This document shows, one piece after another, positions 49,418 to 62,652 of a DNA stretch of 64,000 nt. Position 1 is the stretch's first letter; every line of letters starts with the position of its first letter. The notes below the pieces were generated by a model. The model was not told where the DNA came from. It saw nothing but the letters and a program-made list of their open reading frames with translations, and searched no databases. The stretch spans positions 372,001 to 436,000 of the forward strand of contig NIVC01000455.1 in NCBI GenBank assembly GCA_002269645.1, given 5' to 3'. The position numbers and the translations under genes were made by a program. The stretch comes from Macrostomum lignano. Its lineage: Eukaryota.

Positions 49418-51977
49418 TCTTATATACTAAATCTCTAATCTATGTCTGTCTGTCTGTCCGTGTAAAACGCTCTACAGACTGCAATTCATGACCAATTTCG
49501 ATCGCGTTTTCACCAAAAAGTTGCAACTCATTCAAGCATTGTATGGTTAACATTTCTTTTATCTGCTTCAATGCTAAAGGTCTTAAATATTCAAAAAACT
49601 GTATTTTCCCTATCTAATTAGTGTATTTTTCTCGCAGTGAGAGCTCGAAAAATAATAATACGTCTATGGCCATAGACTAAACTTTAACTTCTTGAGCTGA
49701 TGCTACAAGCTATAAATAATTAAATATTCGCAAGCTTCAGAGTATGCACGTGGGAGATAAGATAAAATGAAATAAAATTTTCATTTATTTGTAGCTTGTG
49801 CCTACCTGGACTAATCGCTAAATTGCAGACGATGCAAAATCTTCGTTGCATTGATGTGCAAAAGACTGCCCATTGTCTTCTCAGCAAACTTAGCAGTCCG
49901 CAGGAATCAACTCAACAATTAAGGAAACTTTTGCTGACTGCAAATGGATTGACTGTAGACTTCTGAGGGGAACTGCAGATTGTCAAAGAGATCGTTCATG
50001 AATCATATAGATATTCCAGACTTAAGAGCGTATAGCTGCAAACTATTGAGTGGATAATTATCTTCAGAGTTTTGAGTGGATTGTTGAGTTGATTCCTGCG
50101 GACTGCTAAGTTTGTTGAGAAGACAATTCTAGGCCACTGAGTGGATAATTGTTTAATCTGCAGGCTGCTAAGAGTTTGACTGCAGTTTGTTTGCGGGATT
50201 AAAAGGGATAGCTTTTCAGATTGTTGTGGCGATAACTACCAATTTCTGGGGGAAGGGTTTACTTCAAACTGCTGAAGTTACTAAACTTCTTGAATAGTAT
50301 AAGGCTTTTAGTAGAAGGTCGGCAGTTCGAGCGGCATTGCTAATCTGCTGTAAGATTTCATTTGCAGAGGGTACATGTATTAGTAATCTGAGAGAGCAGT
50401 GCTAATCTGACGCATACAATAAAGTATTAAAAATTTAGGAGATTGCAAATCAAATTTAAAATGCAAGTTGTATGCATTTCAAATGGTTTCAATTATTGCG
50501 ATGCATATGGCGATTAGTGGCCCTGATTGTGCAAAACAGTGCTGGTGAGCCATTGCTAAACTGGTGGTGAACCATTGCTAACTGCTGGTGAACAAATTGC
50601 TAAACTGCTGGTGACGATGCATTGCTAAACTGCTGCAGGTTAAGGGTTAGGCTTAGGGTTCAATTATAGCGCGATCGTCGTGTCAATCATTAATGATCCA
50701 TCGAGGAATTGCTAAGATTAAATGCTCTTGGGGCGAATTACTTAAATGCTTTGGCTCTACGGGGAATTGCTGACAGGTCAAGGCTTCCGGTGAAATTTAG
50801 ATTTAAAAGCTTATGAGGAAGTTACTTTAATGCTGAGGCTCAAGGCTCATTGTCGAAATTGCTAACATGCCAAGACTCACTTATGGGCTAGGGTTAGAGG
50901 CTTAGGGTCAGTTTTGGTTCAATCATAGATTAACCGCTGTCAACCATCAATTAAAGACTTGCTAAGATATCTAAGCTCATCGGGGAATAGCTGAGTTTTC
51001 AAGGCTTATAAGGGGATTGCTGAGTTATCAAGGCTTATAAGGGGATTGCTGAATTCTTGGGAGAGGGGAGTTGGGTTGTTGGGATGTCAAGGCTAATTAC
51101 TGCGCTGGGAGAATTGCATAGATGTCGAGGCTGGAGTTTAATTGCTGCGATGTCAAGGCTTACTGGGGGAATTGCTGCGATCTCGAGGCTTACTGGACTG
51201 GGAGAATTGCGTAGATGCCAAGGCTCGAGTTTAATTGCTGCGATGTCAAGGCTTACTGGGGGAATTTCTGAGATGTCAAGGCTTAATGGGGTAATTGCTG
51301 CGATGTCGAGGCTTACTGGGGGAATTGCTGAAATGTCAAGGCTTACTGGGGGAATTTCTGAGATTTCAAGGCTTACTCGGGAATTGCTGAGATTTCAAGG
51401 CTTACTGGGGGAATTGCTGAGATGTCAAGGCTTACTGGGGTATTGCTGAGATTTCAAGGCTAACTGGGGGAATTGCTGAGATTTCAAGGCCTACTGGGGG
51501 AATTGCTGAGATGTCAAGGCTTACTGGGGGTATTGCTGAGATTTCAAGGCTAACTGGGGGAATTGCTGAGATTTCAAGGCTTACTGGGGGGGAATTGCTG
51601 AATTGTCAGGGCTTACTGGGGGAATTGCTGAGATGTCAAGGCTTACTGGGGAAATTATTGAGATGTCATCAAGGCTTATGGCATATTGAGCTCCTGCTGC
51701 GGACCAGAATATGCCCAGGCCAATGACGATATGCCCTAAGAGTTTGTGCTTGAAAGGATAAGTACTATTTGCTGAATGAGAAAGGCTTTTGGGCTGATGA
51801 AGGAAACTTTGGCTGGTTAAGGTTTTGATTCATGGCAATTTATTTTTGCCAAAAATGAGAAAAAGTAAGTTTTGATTAATGGATTTTGAATAATAAGTAA
51901 GTTTATTACTCATTGGCCAAAATAAAAACCACTTGGCGTCATTCTTGCGTCCCCCAACGGGGGGCTTAAATTGCTAG
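49418..51977 (+). mobile_element. Non-autonomous Helitron, long family
   Basis: TC start; 3' hairpin; CTAG 51974-51977. Confidence 0.85.
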
Positions 51978-54582
51978 TCTTATATACTAAATCTCTAATC
52001 TATGTCTGTCTGTCTGTCCGTGTAAAACGCTCTACAGACTGTAATTCTTGACCAATTTCGATCGCGTTTTCACCAAAAAATTGCAACTCAGCCAAGGATT
52101 GTATGGTTAACATTTCTTTTATCTGCTTCAATTCTAAAGGTCTTAAATATTAAAAAAACTGTATTTTCCCTATCTAATTAGTGTATTTTTCTCGCAGTGA
52201 GAGCTCGAAAAAAAGAATAAGTCTATGGCCATAGACTAAACTTTAATTTCTTGAGCTGATGCTACGAGCTATAAATAATTAAATATTCGCAAGCTTCAGT
52301 TTATGCACGTGGGAGATGAAAATATATTAAATTAATTTTCATTTATTTGTAGCTTGTGCCTGCCTGGACTAATCGCTAAAATGCAGACGATGCAAAATCT
52401 TCGTTGCATTGATGTGCAAAAGACTGCCAATATCTATCGAAAATTGATTATATAATGAGCCGTACAATGCTGAGTAAATTTCTACATTATTGAAAGCATC
52501 ACTGTAGCTTCCTGAGAATACTGAGGGGCCAGCAAAGAGGAAAACTGCAGACTGCTGAGAATGAGAATTGTTGTAGACTGCAAATGGAATGACCGCAGGT
52601 TGCTGAGGAGAACTGCAGATTGTCAAAGGGATCATTCATTTAGACTGCAAAGTTGAAAAACGAAAAACTGCTGAGGTAGTTCCTCCAGACTTATGAGTGT
52701 ATAGCTGCAAACTTCCGGGATAACTATCTATAGAGTTTAAGTGGATAATAACTGTGAATGATTGAGTGCAACTTGTTGAGGGGATAACTGCAGACTGCTT
52801 AGTGAAGGTTTTGATTCATGGTAAGTGGGGGAATTGCTGAGATGACAAGGCTTACTGGGGCAATCGCTGAGATGTCAAGGCTTACTTTGGGGAATTGCTG
52901 AGATGTCAAGGCTTACTGGGGAGAATTGCTGCGACTTCAAGGCTAATTGGGGGAATTGCTGAGTTGTCAAGGCTTACTGGGGGAATTCTGAGATGTCAAG
53001 GCTAACTGGGGGAATTACTGAGATGTCAAGGCTAACTGGGGGAATTGCTGAGATGTCAAGGCTTACTGGGGGAATCGCTGAGATGTCAAGGCTTACTTTG
53101 GGGAATTGCTGAGATGTCAAGGCTTACTGGGGGAATTGCTGCGACTTCAAGGCTAATTGGGGGAATTGCTGAGTTGTCAAGGCTTACTGGGGGAATTCTG
53201 AGATGTCAAGGCTAACTGGGGGAATTACTGAGATGTCAAGGCTAACTGGGGGAATTGCTGAGATGTCAAGGCTTACTGGGGAATCGCTGAGATGTCAAGG
53301 CTTACTTTGGGGAATTGCTGAGATGTCAAGGCTTACTGGGGGAATTGCTGCGACTTCAAGGCTAATTGGGGGAATTGCTGAGTTGTCAAGGCTTACTGGG
53401 GGAATTCTGAGATGTCAAGGCTAACTGGGGGAATTACTGAGATGTCAAGGCTAACTGGGGGAATTGCTGAGATGTCAAGGCTTACTGGGGGAATCGCTGA
53501 GATGTCAAGGCTTACTTTGGGGAACTGCTGAGATGTCAAGGCTTACTGGGGGAATTGCAGCGACTTCAAGGCTAATTGGGGGAATTGCTGAGTTGTCAAG
53601 GCTTACTGGGGGAATCGCTGAGATTTCAAGGCTTACTTTGGGGAATTGCTGAGATGTCAAGGCTTACTGGGGGAATTGCTGCGACTTCAAGGCTAATTGG
53701 GGGAATTGCTGAGTTGTCAAGGCTTACTGGGGGGATTCTGAGATGTCAAGGCTAACTGGGGGAATTACTGAGATGTCAAGGCTAACTGGGGGAATTGCTG
53801 AGATGTCAGGGCTTACTGGGGAATTGCTGAGATGTCAAGGCTTACTGGGGGAATTGCTGAAATGTCAACGCTTACTGGGGGGAAGTGCTGAGTTGTCAAG
53901 GCTTACTGGGGGAATTGCTGAGATTTCAAGGCTTACTCGGGGAATTGCTGAGATTTCAAGGCTTGCTGGGGGAATTGCTGAAATGTCAAGGCTTACTGGG
54001 AGGAATTGCTGAGATGTCAAGGCTTAATGGGGTAATTGCTGCTATGTCAAGGCTTACTGGGCTAGGAGAATTGTGTAGATGCCAAGGCTCGACTTCGCGT
54101 TGCTGCGATGTCAAGGCTTATTGGGGGAATTGCTGCGATATCAAGGCTTACTGGGGGAATTGCTGCGATGTCAAGGCTTACTGGGGGAATTGGTGAGATG
54201 TCAAGGCCTACTAAGGGAATTTCTGAGATGTCAAGGCTTACTGGGGGAATTGCTGAGATGTCATCAAGGCTTATGGCATATTGAGCTCCTGCTGCGGACC
54301 AGAATATGCCCAGCCCAATGACGATTTGCACTAAGAGTTTGTGCTTGAAAGGATAAGTACTATTTGCTGAATGAGAAAGGCTTTTGGGCTGATGAAGGAA
54401 ACTTTGGCTGGTGAAGGTTTTGATTCGAATGGCAATTTATTTTTGCCAAAAATGAGAAAAAGTATTTTTAGATTAATGGAAATCAACATTTTGAATAATT
54501 AGTAAGGTAGTTACTCATAGGCCAAAATAAAAACCACTTGGCGTCATTCTTGCGCCCCCCAACGGGGGGCTTGAATTGCTAG
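51978..54582 (+). mobile_element. Non-autonomous Helitron, long family, with 30-bp minisatellite
   Basis: TC start; 3' hairpin; CTAG 54579-54582; minisatellite ~52825-54265. Confidence 0.85.
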
Positions 54583-57500
54583 TCTTCTAATATACTAAAA
54601 GTCCTTCTAAATATACTAAACTCTAATATTATATACTAAATCTCTAATCTATGTCTGTCTGTCTGTCCGTGTAAAACGCTCTACAGACTGCAATTCTTGA
54701 CCAATTTTGATCGCGTTTTCACCAAAAAGTTGCAACTCAACCAAGGATTGTATGGTTAAAATTTCTTTAATATGCTGCAATTCTATATTTCTTATATACT
54801 AAATCTCTAATCTATGTCTGTCTGTCTGTCCGTGTAAAACGCTCTACAGACTGCAATTCTTGACCAATTTTGATCGCGTTTTCACCAAAAAGTTGCAACT
54901 CAACCAAGGATTGTATGGTTAAAATTTCTTTAATATGCTGCAATTCTAAAGGTCCTAAATATTCAAAAAACTGTATTTTACCTATCTAATTAGTGTATTT
55001 TTCTCGCAGTGAGAGCTCGAAAAATAATAATACGTCTATGGCCATAGACTTAAATTTCATTTCTTGAGCTGATGCTACGAGCTATAAATAATTAAATTAT
55101 TCGCAAGCTTCAGCGTATGCACGTGGGAGATAAAAATATATTAAATTAATTTTCATTTATTTGTAGCTTGTGCCTGGACTAATCGAACATTTTTTGATTA
55201 AAAGCAACAATTTTTTATGAGTAATAATTAGCTAATTAGTAATAATTAGCTTCGACTATCAGTTATCCCATCAATTGTTATTGCCTAAGGTCTAAGAAAT
55301 CGCTAAAATGCAGACAATGTTGCTAAACTGCTGAAAGTATTGCTAAAAGCTGTGTTGTGCAAAAGATTGCAAAGTTGAAAAACGAAAAACTGCTGAGGTA
55401 GTTCCTCCAGACTTATAAGTGTATAGCTGCAAACTGCCGATGGGATAACTATCTACAGAGTTTTAGTGGATAATAACTGTGAATGATTAATTGCAAGTTT
55501 ATTGAGGGGATAACTGTATTCTGCTTGTAGTTTGCTGATGTTAATGAAAGTTGTAGACGGCAAAGTGGATATCTGCAGGCTGTTAATAGTATGACTGCAT
55601 TCTGTTTTGCGGGATTAGAAGAGAAGCTACAAGCTACAAGAATTACTGAATTACTGTAGACAAGCAATAACAGGCATAGGCTAAGCAGATGGTCGGCAGT
55701 TGGAGTCTACATTGAAGCAGCAAATTTATCTGGCTTACTGGGGGAATTGTTGAGATGTCAAGGCTTACTGGGGAAATTAATGAGATGTCATCAAGGCTTA
55801 TGGCATATTGAGCTCCTGCTGCAGACCAGAATACGCCCAGGCCAATGACGATATGCCCTAAGAGTTTGTGCTTGAAAGGATAAGTACTATTTGCTGAATG
55901 AGAAAGGGTTTTGGGCTGATGAATGAAACTTTGGCTGGTGAAGGTTTTGATTCATGGCAACTGGGGGAATTGTTGAGTTGTCAAGGCTTACTGGGGGAAT
56001 TGCTGAATTGTCAAGGTTTACTGGGGGAATTGCTGAGATGTCAAGGCTTACTTGGGGAAATCGCTGAGACTTCAAGGCTTACTGGGGGAATTTCTGAGAT
56101 TTCAAGGCTTACTCGGGGAATTGCTGAGATTTCAAGGCTTGCTGGGGGGAATTGCTGAGATGTCAAGGCTTGCTGGGGGGAATTGCTGAGATGTCAAGGC
56201 TTACTAGGAGGAATTGCTGAGATGTCAAGGCTTACTGGGGGAATTGCTTAGACTTCAAGACTTACTGGAGGAATTACTGAGATTCGAGACTTACTGGGGA
56301 ATTACTGAGATTCGAGACTTACTGGAAGAATTACTGAGATTCGAGACTTACTGGGGAATTGCTGAATTGTCAAGGTTTACTGGGGGAATTGCTGAGATGT
56401 CAAGGCTTACTGGGGAAATTTATGAGATGTCATCAAGGCTTATGGCATATTGAGCTCCTGCTGCGGACCAGAATATGCCCAGGCCAATGACGATATGCCC
56501 AAAGAGTTTGTGCTTGAAAGGATAAGTACTATTTGCTGATTGAGAAAGGGTTTTGGAAGGGTTTTGAAGGAAACTTTGGCTGGTGAAGGTTTTGATTTAT
56601 GGCAACTGGGGGAATTGCTGAGACTTCAAGGCTTACTGGGGGAATTGCTAATATTTCAAGGCTTACTAATGGGATTTCTGAGATTTCAAGGCTTACTCGG
56701 GGAATTGCTGAGATGTCAAGGCTTACTGGGGGAATTGCTGAGATGTCAAGGCTTACTGGGGGAATTGCTGAGATGTCATCAAGGCTTATGGCATATTGAG
56801 CTCCTGCTGCAGACCAGAATACGCCCAGGCCAATGACGATATGCACTAAGAGTTTGTGCTTGAAAGGATAAGTACTATTTGCTGAATGAGAAAGGGTTTT
56901 GGGCTGATGAATGAAACTTTGGCTGGTGAAGGTTTTGATTCATGGCAACTGGGGGAATTGTTGAGTTGTCAAGGCTTACTGGGGGAATTGCTGAATTGTC
57001 AAGGTTTACTGGGGGAATTGCTGAGATGTCAAGGCTTACTTGGGGAAATCGCTGAGACTTCAAGGCTTACTGGGGGAATTTCTGAGATTTCAAGGCTTAC
57101 TCGGGGAATTGCTGAGATTTCAAGGCTTGCTGGGGGGAATTGCTGAGATGTCAAGGCTTGCTGGGGGAATTGCTGAGATGTCAAGGCTTACTAGGAGGAA
57201 TTGCTGAGATGTCAAGGCTTACTGGGGGAATTGCTTAGACTTCAAGACTTACTGGAGGAATTACTGAGATTCGAGACTTACTGGGGAATTACTGAGATTC
57301 GAGACTTACTGGAAGAATTACTGAGATTCGAGACTTACTGGGGAATTGCTGAATTGTCAAGGTTTACTGGGGGAATTGCTGAGATGTCAAGGCTTACTGG
57401 GGAAATTAATGAGATGTCATCAAGGCTTATGGCATATTGAGCTCCTGCTGCGGACCAGAATATGCCCAGGCCAATGACGATATGCCCAAAGAGTTTGTGC

Positions 57501-60410
57501 TTGAAAGGATAAGTACTATTTGCTGATTGAGAAAGGGTTTTGGAAGGGTTTTGAAGGAAACTTTGGCTGGTGAAGGTTTTGATTTATGGCAACTGGGGGA
57601 ATTGCTGAGTTGTCAAGGATTACTGGGGGAATCGCTGAGATTCCAAGGCTTACTGGGGGAATTGCTGAGACTTCAAGGCTTACTGGGGGAATTGCTAATA
57701 TTTCAAGGCTTACTAATGGGATTTCTGAGATTTCAAGGCTTACTCGGGGAATTGCTGAGATGTCAAGGCTTACTGGGGGAATTGCTGAGATGTCAAGGCT
57801 TACTAGGGGAATTGCTGAGATGTCATCAAGGCTTATGGCATATTGAGCTCCTGCTGCAGACCAGAATACGCCCAGGCCAATGACGATATGCACTAAGAGT
57901 TTGTGCTTGAAAGGATAAGTACTATTTGCTGAATGAGAAAGGGTTTTGGGCTGATGAAGGAAACTTTGGCTGATGAAGGTTTTGATTCATGGCAACTGGG
58001 GGAATTGTTGAGTTGTCAAGGCTTACTGGGGGAATTGCTGAATTGTCAAGGTTTACTGGGGGAATTGCTGAGATGTCAAGGCTTACTTGGGGAAATCGCT
58101 GAGACTTCAAGGCTTACTGGGGGAATTTCTGAGATTTCAAGGCTTACTCGGGGAATTGCTGAGATTTCAAGGCTTGCTGGGGGAATTGCTGAGATGTCAA
58201 GGCTTGCTGGGGGAATTGCTGAGATGTCAAGGCTTACTGGGGAATTGCTGAGATGTCAAGGCTTACTGGGGGAATTGCTTAGACTTCAAGACTTACTGGA
58301 GGAATTACTGAGATTCGAGACTTACTGGGGAATTACTGAGATTCGAGACTTACTGGAAGAATTACTGAGATTCGAGACTTACTGGGGAATTGCTGAATTG
58401 TCAAGGTTTACTGGGGGAATTGCTGAGATGTCAAGGCTTACTGGGGAAATTAATGAGATGTCATCAAGGCTTATGGCATATTGAGCTCCTGCTGCGGACC
58501 AGAATATGCCCAGGCCAATGACGATATGCCCAAAGAGTTTGTGCTTGAAAGGATAAGTACTATTTGCTGATTGAGAAAGGGTTTTGGAAGGGTTTTGAAG
58601 GAAACTTTGGCTGGTGAAGGTTTTGATTTATGGCAACTGGGGGAATTGCTGAGTTGTCAAGGATTACTGGGGGAATCGCTGAGATTCCAAGGCTTACTGG
58701 GGGAATTGCTGAGACTTCAAGGCTTACTGGGGGAATTGCTAATATTTCAAGGCTTACTAATGGGATTTCTGAGATTTCAAGGCTTACTCGGGGAATTGCT
58801 GAGATGTCAAGGCTTACTGGGGGAATTGCTGAGATGTCAAGGCTTACTGGGGGAATTGCTGAGATGTCATCAAGGCTTATGGCATATTGAGCTCCTGCTG
58901 CAGACCAGAATACGCCCAGGCCAATGACGATATGCACTAAGAGTTTGTGCTTGAAAGGATAAGTACTATTTGCTGAATGAGAAAGGGTTTTGGGCTGATG
59001 AAGGAAACTTTGGCTGATGAAGGTTTTGATTCATGGCAACTGGGGGAATTGTTGAGTTGTCAAGGCTTACTGGGGGAATTGCTGAATTGTCAAGGTTTAC
59101 TGGGGGAATTGCTGAGATGTCAAGGCTTACTTGGGGAAATCGCTGAGACTTCAAGGCTTACTGGGGGAATTTCTGAGATTTCAAGGCTTACTCGGGGAAT
59201 TGCTGAGATTTCAAGGCTTGCTGGGGGGAATTGCTGAGATGTCAAGGCTTGCTGGGGGAATTGCTGAGATGTCAAGGCTTACTGGGGGAATTGCTGAGAT
59301 GTCAAGGCTTACTGGGGGAATTGCTTAGACTTCAAGACTTACTGGAGGAATTACTGAGATTCGAGACTTACTGGGGAATTACTGAGATTCGAGACTTACT
59401 GGAAGAATTACTGAGATTCGAGACTTACTGGGGAATTGCTGAATTGTCAAGGTTTACTGGGGAATTGCTGAGATGTCAAGGCTTACTGGGGAAATTAATG
59501 AGATGTCATCAAGGCTTATGGCATATTGAGCTCCTGCTGCGGACCAGAATATGCCCAGGCCAATGACGATATGCCCAAAGAGTTTGTGCTTGAAAGGATA
59601 AGTACTATTTGCTGATTGAGAAAGGGTTTTGGAAGGGTTTTGAAGGAAACTTTGGCTGGTGAAGGTTTTGATTTATGGCAACTGGGGAATTGCTGAGTTG
59701 TCAAGGATTACTGGGGGAATCGCTGAGATTCCAAGGCTTACTGGGGGAATTGCTGAGACTTCAAGGCTTACTGGGGGAATTGCTAATATTTCAAGGCTTA
59801 CTAATGGGATTTCTGAGATTTCAAGGCTTACTCGGGGAATTGCTGAGATGTCAAGGCTTACTGGGGGAATTGCTGAGATGTCAAGGCTTACTTGGGGGAA
59901 TTGCTGAGTTGTCAAGGCCTACTAAGGGAATTTCTGAGATGTCATGGCTTACTGGGGAAATTAATGAGATGTCATCAAGGCTTATGGCATATTGAGCTCC
60001 TGGTGTGGACCAGAATACGCCCAGGCCAATGACGATATGCACTAAGAGTTTGTGCTTGAAAGGATAAGTACTATTTGCTGAATGAGAAAGGCTTTTGGGC
60101 TGATGAAGGAAACTTTGGCTGGTGAAGGTTTTGATTCATGGCAACTGGAAGAATTGTTGAGTTGTCAAGGCCTACTGGGGGAATTGTTGAATTGTCAAGG
60201 CTTATTTGGGGGAATTGCTGGGATGTCAAGGCTTGGGGAGAATTGCTGAGTTGTTAAGGCTTATTTGGGGGAATTGCTGAGATGTCAAGGCTTACTGGGG
60301 GAATCACTGAGATGTCAAGGCTTACTGGGGGTAAGGTTATTACTCATAGGCCAAAATAAAAACCATTTGGCGTCATTCTTGCGTCCCCAACGGGGGGCTT
60401 AAATTGCTAG
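54583..60410 (+). mobile_element. Non-autonomous Helitron expanded to 5.8 kb by internal higher-order repeat
   Basis: Duplicated 5' ends (~54611, ~54791); 3' hairpin; CTAG 60407-60410. Confidence 0.8.
55730..60330. repeat. Composite satellite: 29-30-bp monomer GGGGGAATTGCTGAGATGTCAAGGCTTACT punctuated by a ~170-bp spacer, ~1-kb higher-order period
   Basis: Equivalent positions at 55887, 56875, 57922, 58966 (periods 988, 1047, 1044). Confidence 0.93.
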
Positions 60411-62012
60411 TCTAAATATACTAAATCTTATTCTATCTTCTAAATATACTAATTCTCTAAGGTTTGTATGCTTGTCCATAACGCTCTACAGATTGCAATT
60501 CTTCACCGATTTTCATCGCGTTTTCGCCAAAAGATTCAAAATTGTCTGGAAAGAAGACAGTTAAAATTTCTTGTATCTGCTTCAATGCTAAAGGGATTAA
60601 ATATTCGAAAAACTGTTTTAAATGGCCTTTTTCAATGCAAATTTTATCAGCGAGAAACTTCACAGTCAATTTTAATTGATTGCGCCAGAGCCAACTGATA
60701 AGAAAACTCACTGGGCCCCACTTAAAGGGGGGGGGGCAATAAAAATTATTCTGGCTGCTGGCAGCCAGCTCTAATTAGCTAGTCTAAATATACTAAATCT
60801 CTAAGGTTTGTATGTTTGTCCATAACGCTCTAGAGAGAGCAATTCTTCACCGATTTTGATCGCGTTTTCGCCAAAAGATTTGTAATCAGCCTGGGATTGT
60901 ATGGTTAAAATTCCTTGTATCTGCTTCAATGCTTAAGGGATTAAATATTCGAAAAACTGTTTTAAATGACCTTTTTCAATGCAAATTTTATCAGCGAGAA
61001 ACTTCACAGTCAATTTTAATTGATTGCGCCAGAGCCAACTGATAAGAAAACTCACTGGGCCCCACTTAAAGGGGGGGGGCAATAAAAATTATTCTGGATG
61101 CTGGCAGCCAGCTCTAATTAGCTAGTAAATCTAAATATACTAAATCTCTAAGGTTTGTTTGTTTGTATGTTTGTCCATAACGCTCTAGTCTAAATATACT
61201 AAATCTCTAAGGTTTGTATGTTTGAATGAATGTCCATAACGCTCTAGAGACTGCAATTCTTCACCGATTTTGATCGCGTTTTCGCCAAAAGATTCAAAAT
61301 TGTCTGGAAAGAAGACGGTTAAAATAAATATACTAAATCTCTAAGGTTTGTATGTCCATAACGCTCTAGAGATTGCAATTCTTCACCGATTTTGATCGCG
61401 TTTTCGCCAAAAGATTCAAAATTGTCTGGAAAGAAGACAGTTAAAATTTCTTTAATCTGCTCCAATGCTAAAGGGATTAAATATTCGAAAAACTGTTTTA
61501 AATGGCCTTTTTCAATGCAAATTTTATCAGCCAGAAACTTCACTGCCAATTTTAATTGATTGCGCCAGAGCCAACTGATAAGAAAACTCACTCCGCTCCA
61601 CTTAAAGGGGGGCAATAAAAATTATTCTGGATGCTGGCAGCCAGCTCTAATTAGCTAGTCTATCTTCTAAATATACTAAATCTCTAAGGTTTGTATGCTT
61701 GAATGTCCATAACGCTCTAGAGATTGCAATTCTTCACCGATTTTCATCGCGTTTTCGCCAAAATATTCAAAATTGTCTGGAAAGAAGACAGTTAAAATTT
61801 CTTGTATCTGCTTTAATGCTAAAGGGATTAAATATTCGAAAAACTGTTTTAAATGGCCTTTTTCAATGCAAATTTTATCAGCGAGAAACTTCACTGCCAA
61901 TTTTAATTGATTGCGCCAGAGCCAACTGATAAGAAAACTCACTGGACCCCACTTAAAGGGGGGGGGCAATAAAAATTATTCTGGATGCTGGCAGCCAGCT
62001 CTAATTAGCTAG
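60411..62012 (+). mobile_element. Four tandem short (~340-370 bp) non-autonomous Helitrons plus truncated 5' ends
   Basis: Same 5' motif as long family; different 3' hairpin CTGG(C/A)TGC-TG-GCAGCCAG, 10 nt, then CTAG ending at 60782, 61125, 61658, 62012. Confidence 0.85.
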
Positions 62013-62464
62013 TCTATCTAATCCTATATACTAAAAATGTGATGTCTATATTCTTTTAGGGGGGGGGGGCGCCAAGGCCAGAGTTGGTGATTATGGGGGG
62101 GGCCACGGCCCCCCTTGCCCCCCCTCTGGCTACGCCCCTGTAATGCTGTAGTAGTGCTATAATGACTCTTAGAGAGAATTACTGAAATTTCAATGCTTTA
62201 GGGTTAGGGTTAGGGTTAGGGTTAGGCTAGGGTTAGGGTTAGAAGGTTGACAAATATTTTTAGATTTCCAAGGCTTATTGGGGGCATTGCTGAGATGTCA
62301 AGGGGGGGAGTTGATATGTTAAAGCTTGTGGGGGGGATAACTGACATGTCAAGGCTTACAAGGTTTGACAGGAGATTTTTTAAGATTTCAAGGATACATG
62401 TAGCTTATTAAAAAAACGTGTATTGCATTTCTTTGGCTCCCCAACGGGGGGCGTAGATTGCTAG
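62013..62464 (+). mobile_element. Short Helitron variant carrying telomeric-type repeats
   Basis: TC start; hairpin GCTCCCCAACGGGGGGC; CTAG 62461-62464. Confidence 0.7.
62198..62242 (+). repeat. Interstitial (TTAGGG)n, ~7 units
   Basis: TTAGGG x4, TTAGGC, TAGGG, TTAGGG, TTAG. Confidence 0.9.
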
Positions 62465-62620
62465 TCTAAATCTATCTTCTATCTAATCTAATCTTCTAAT
62501 CTTCTTCTATCTTCTAAATCTTCTATCTAAATATACTAAATCTCTAAGGTTTGTATGCTTGAATGAATGAATGTCCATAACGCTCTAGAGACTGCAATCA
62601 CAATATACTAAATCTCTAAG

Positions 62621-62652
<32 letters not shown>

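Noticed and set aside
45825-59995. GELLRCQGLL / SRLTGGIAEM repeat ORFs resembling LRR proteins
   Set aside because: Translations of the 29-30-bp minisatellite; frames shift with G-run length
55730-60330. CRISPR-like repeat/spacer appearance
   Set aside because: Spacers are identical rather than unique, there are no cas genes, and the context is eukaryotic
27288-62140. CAGGGGTGTAGCTAG (27288) and CTGGCTACGCCCCTG (ending 62140) as paired TIRs
   Set aside because: 35 kb apart with genes between and no matching TSD; separate decayed fragments
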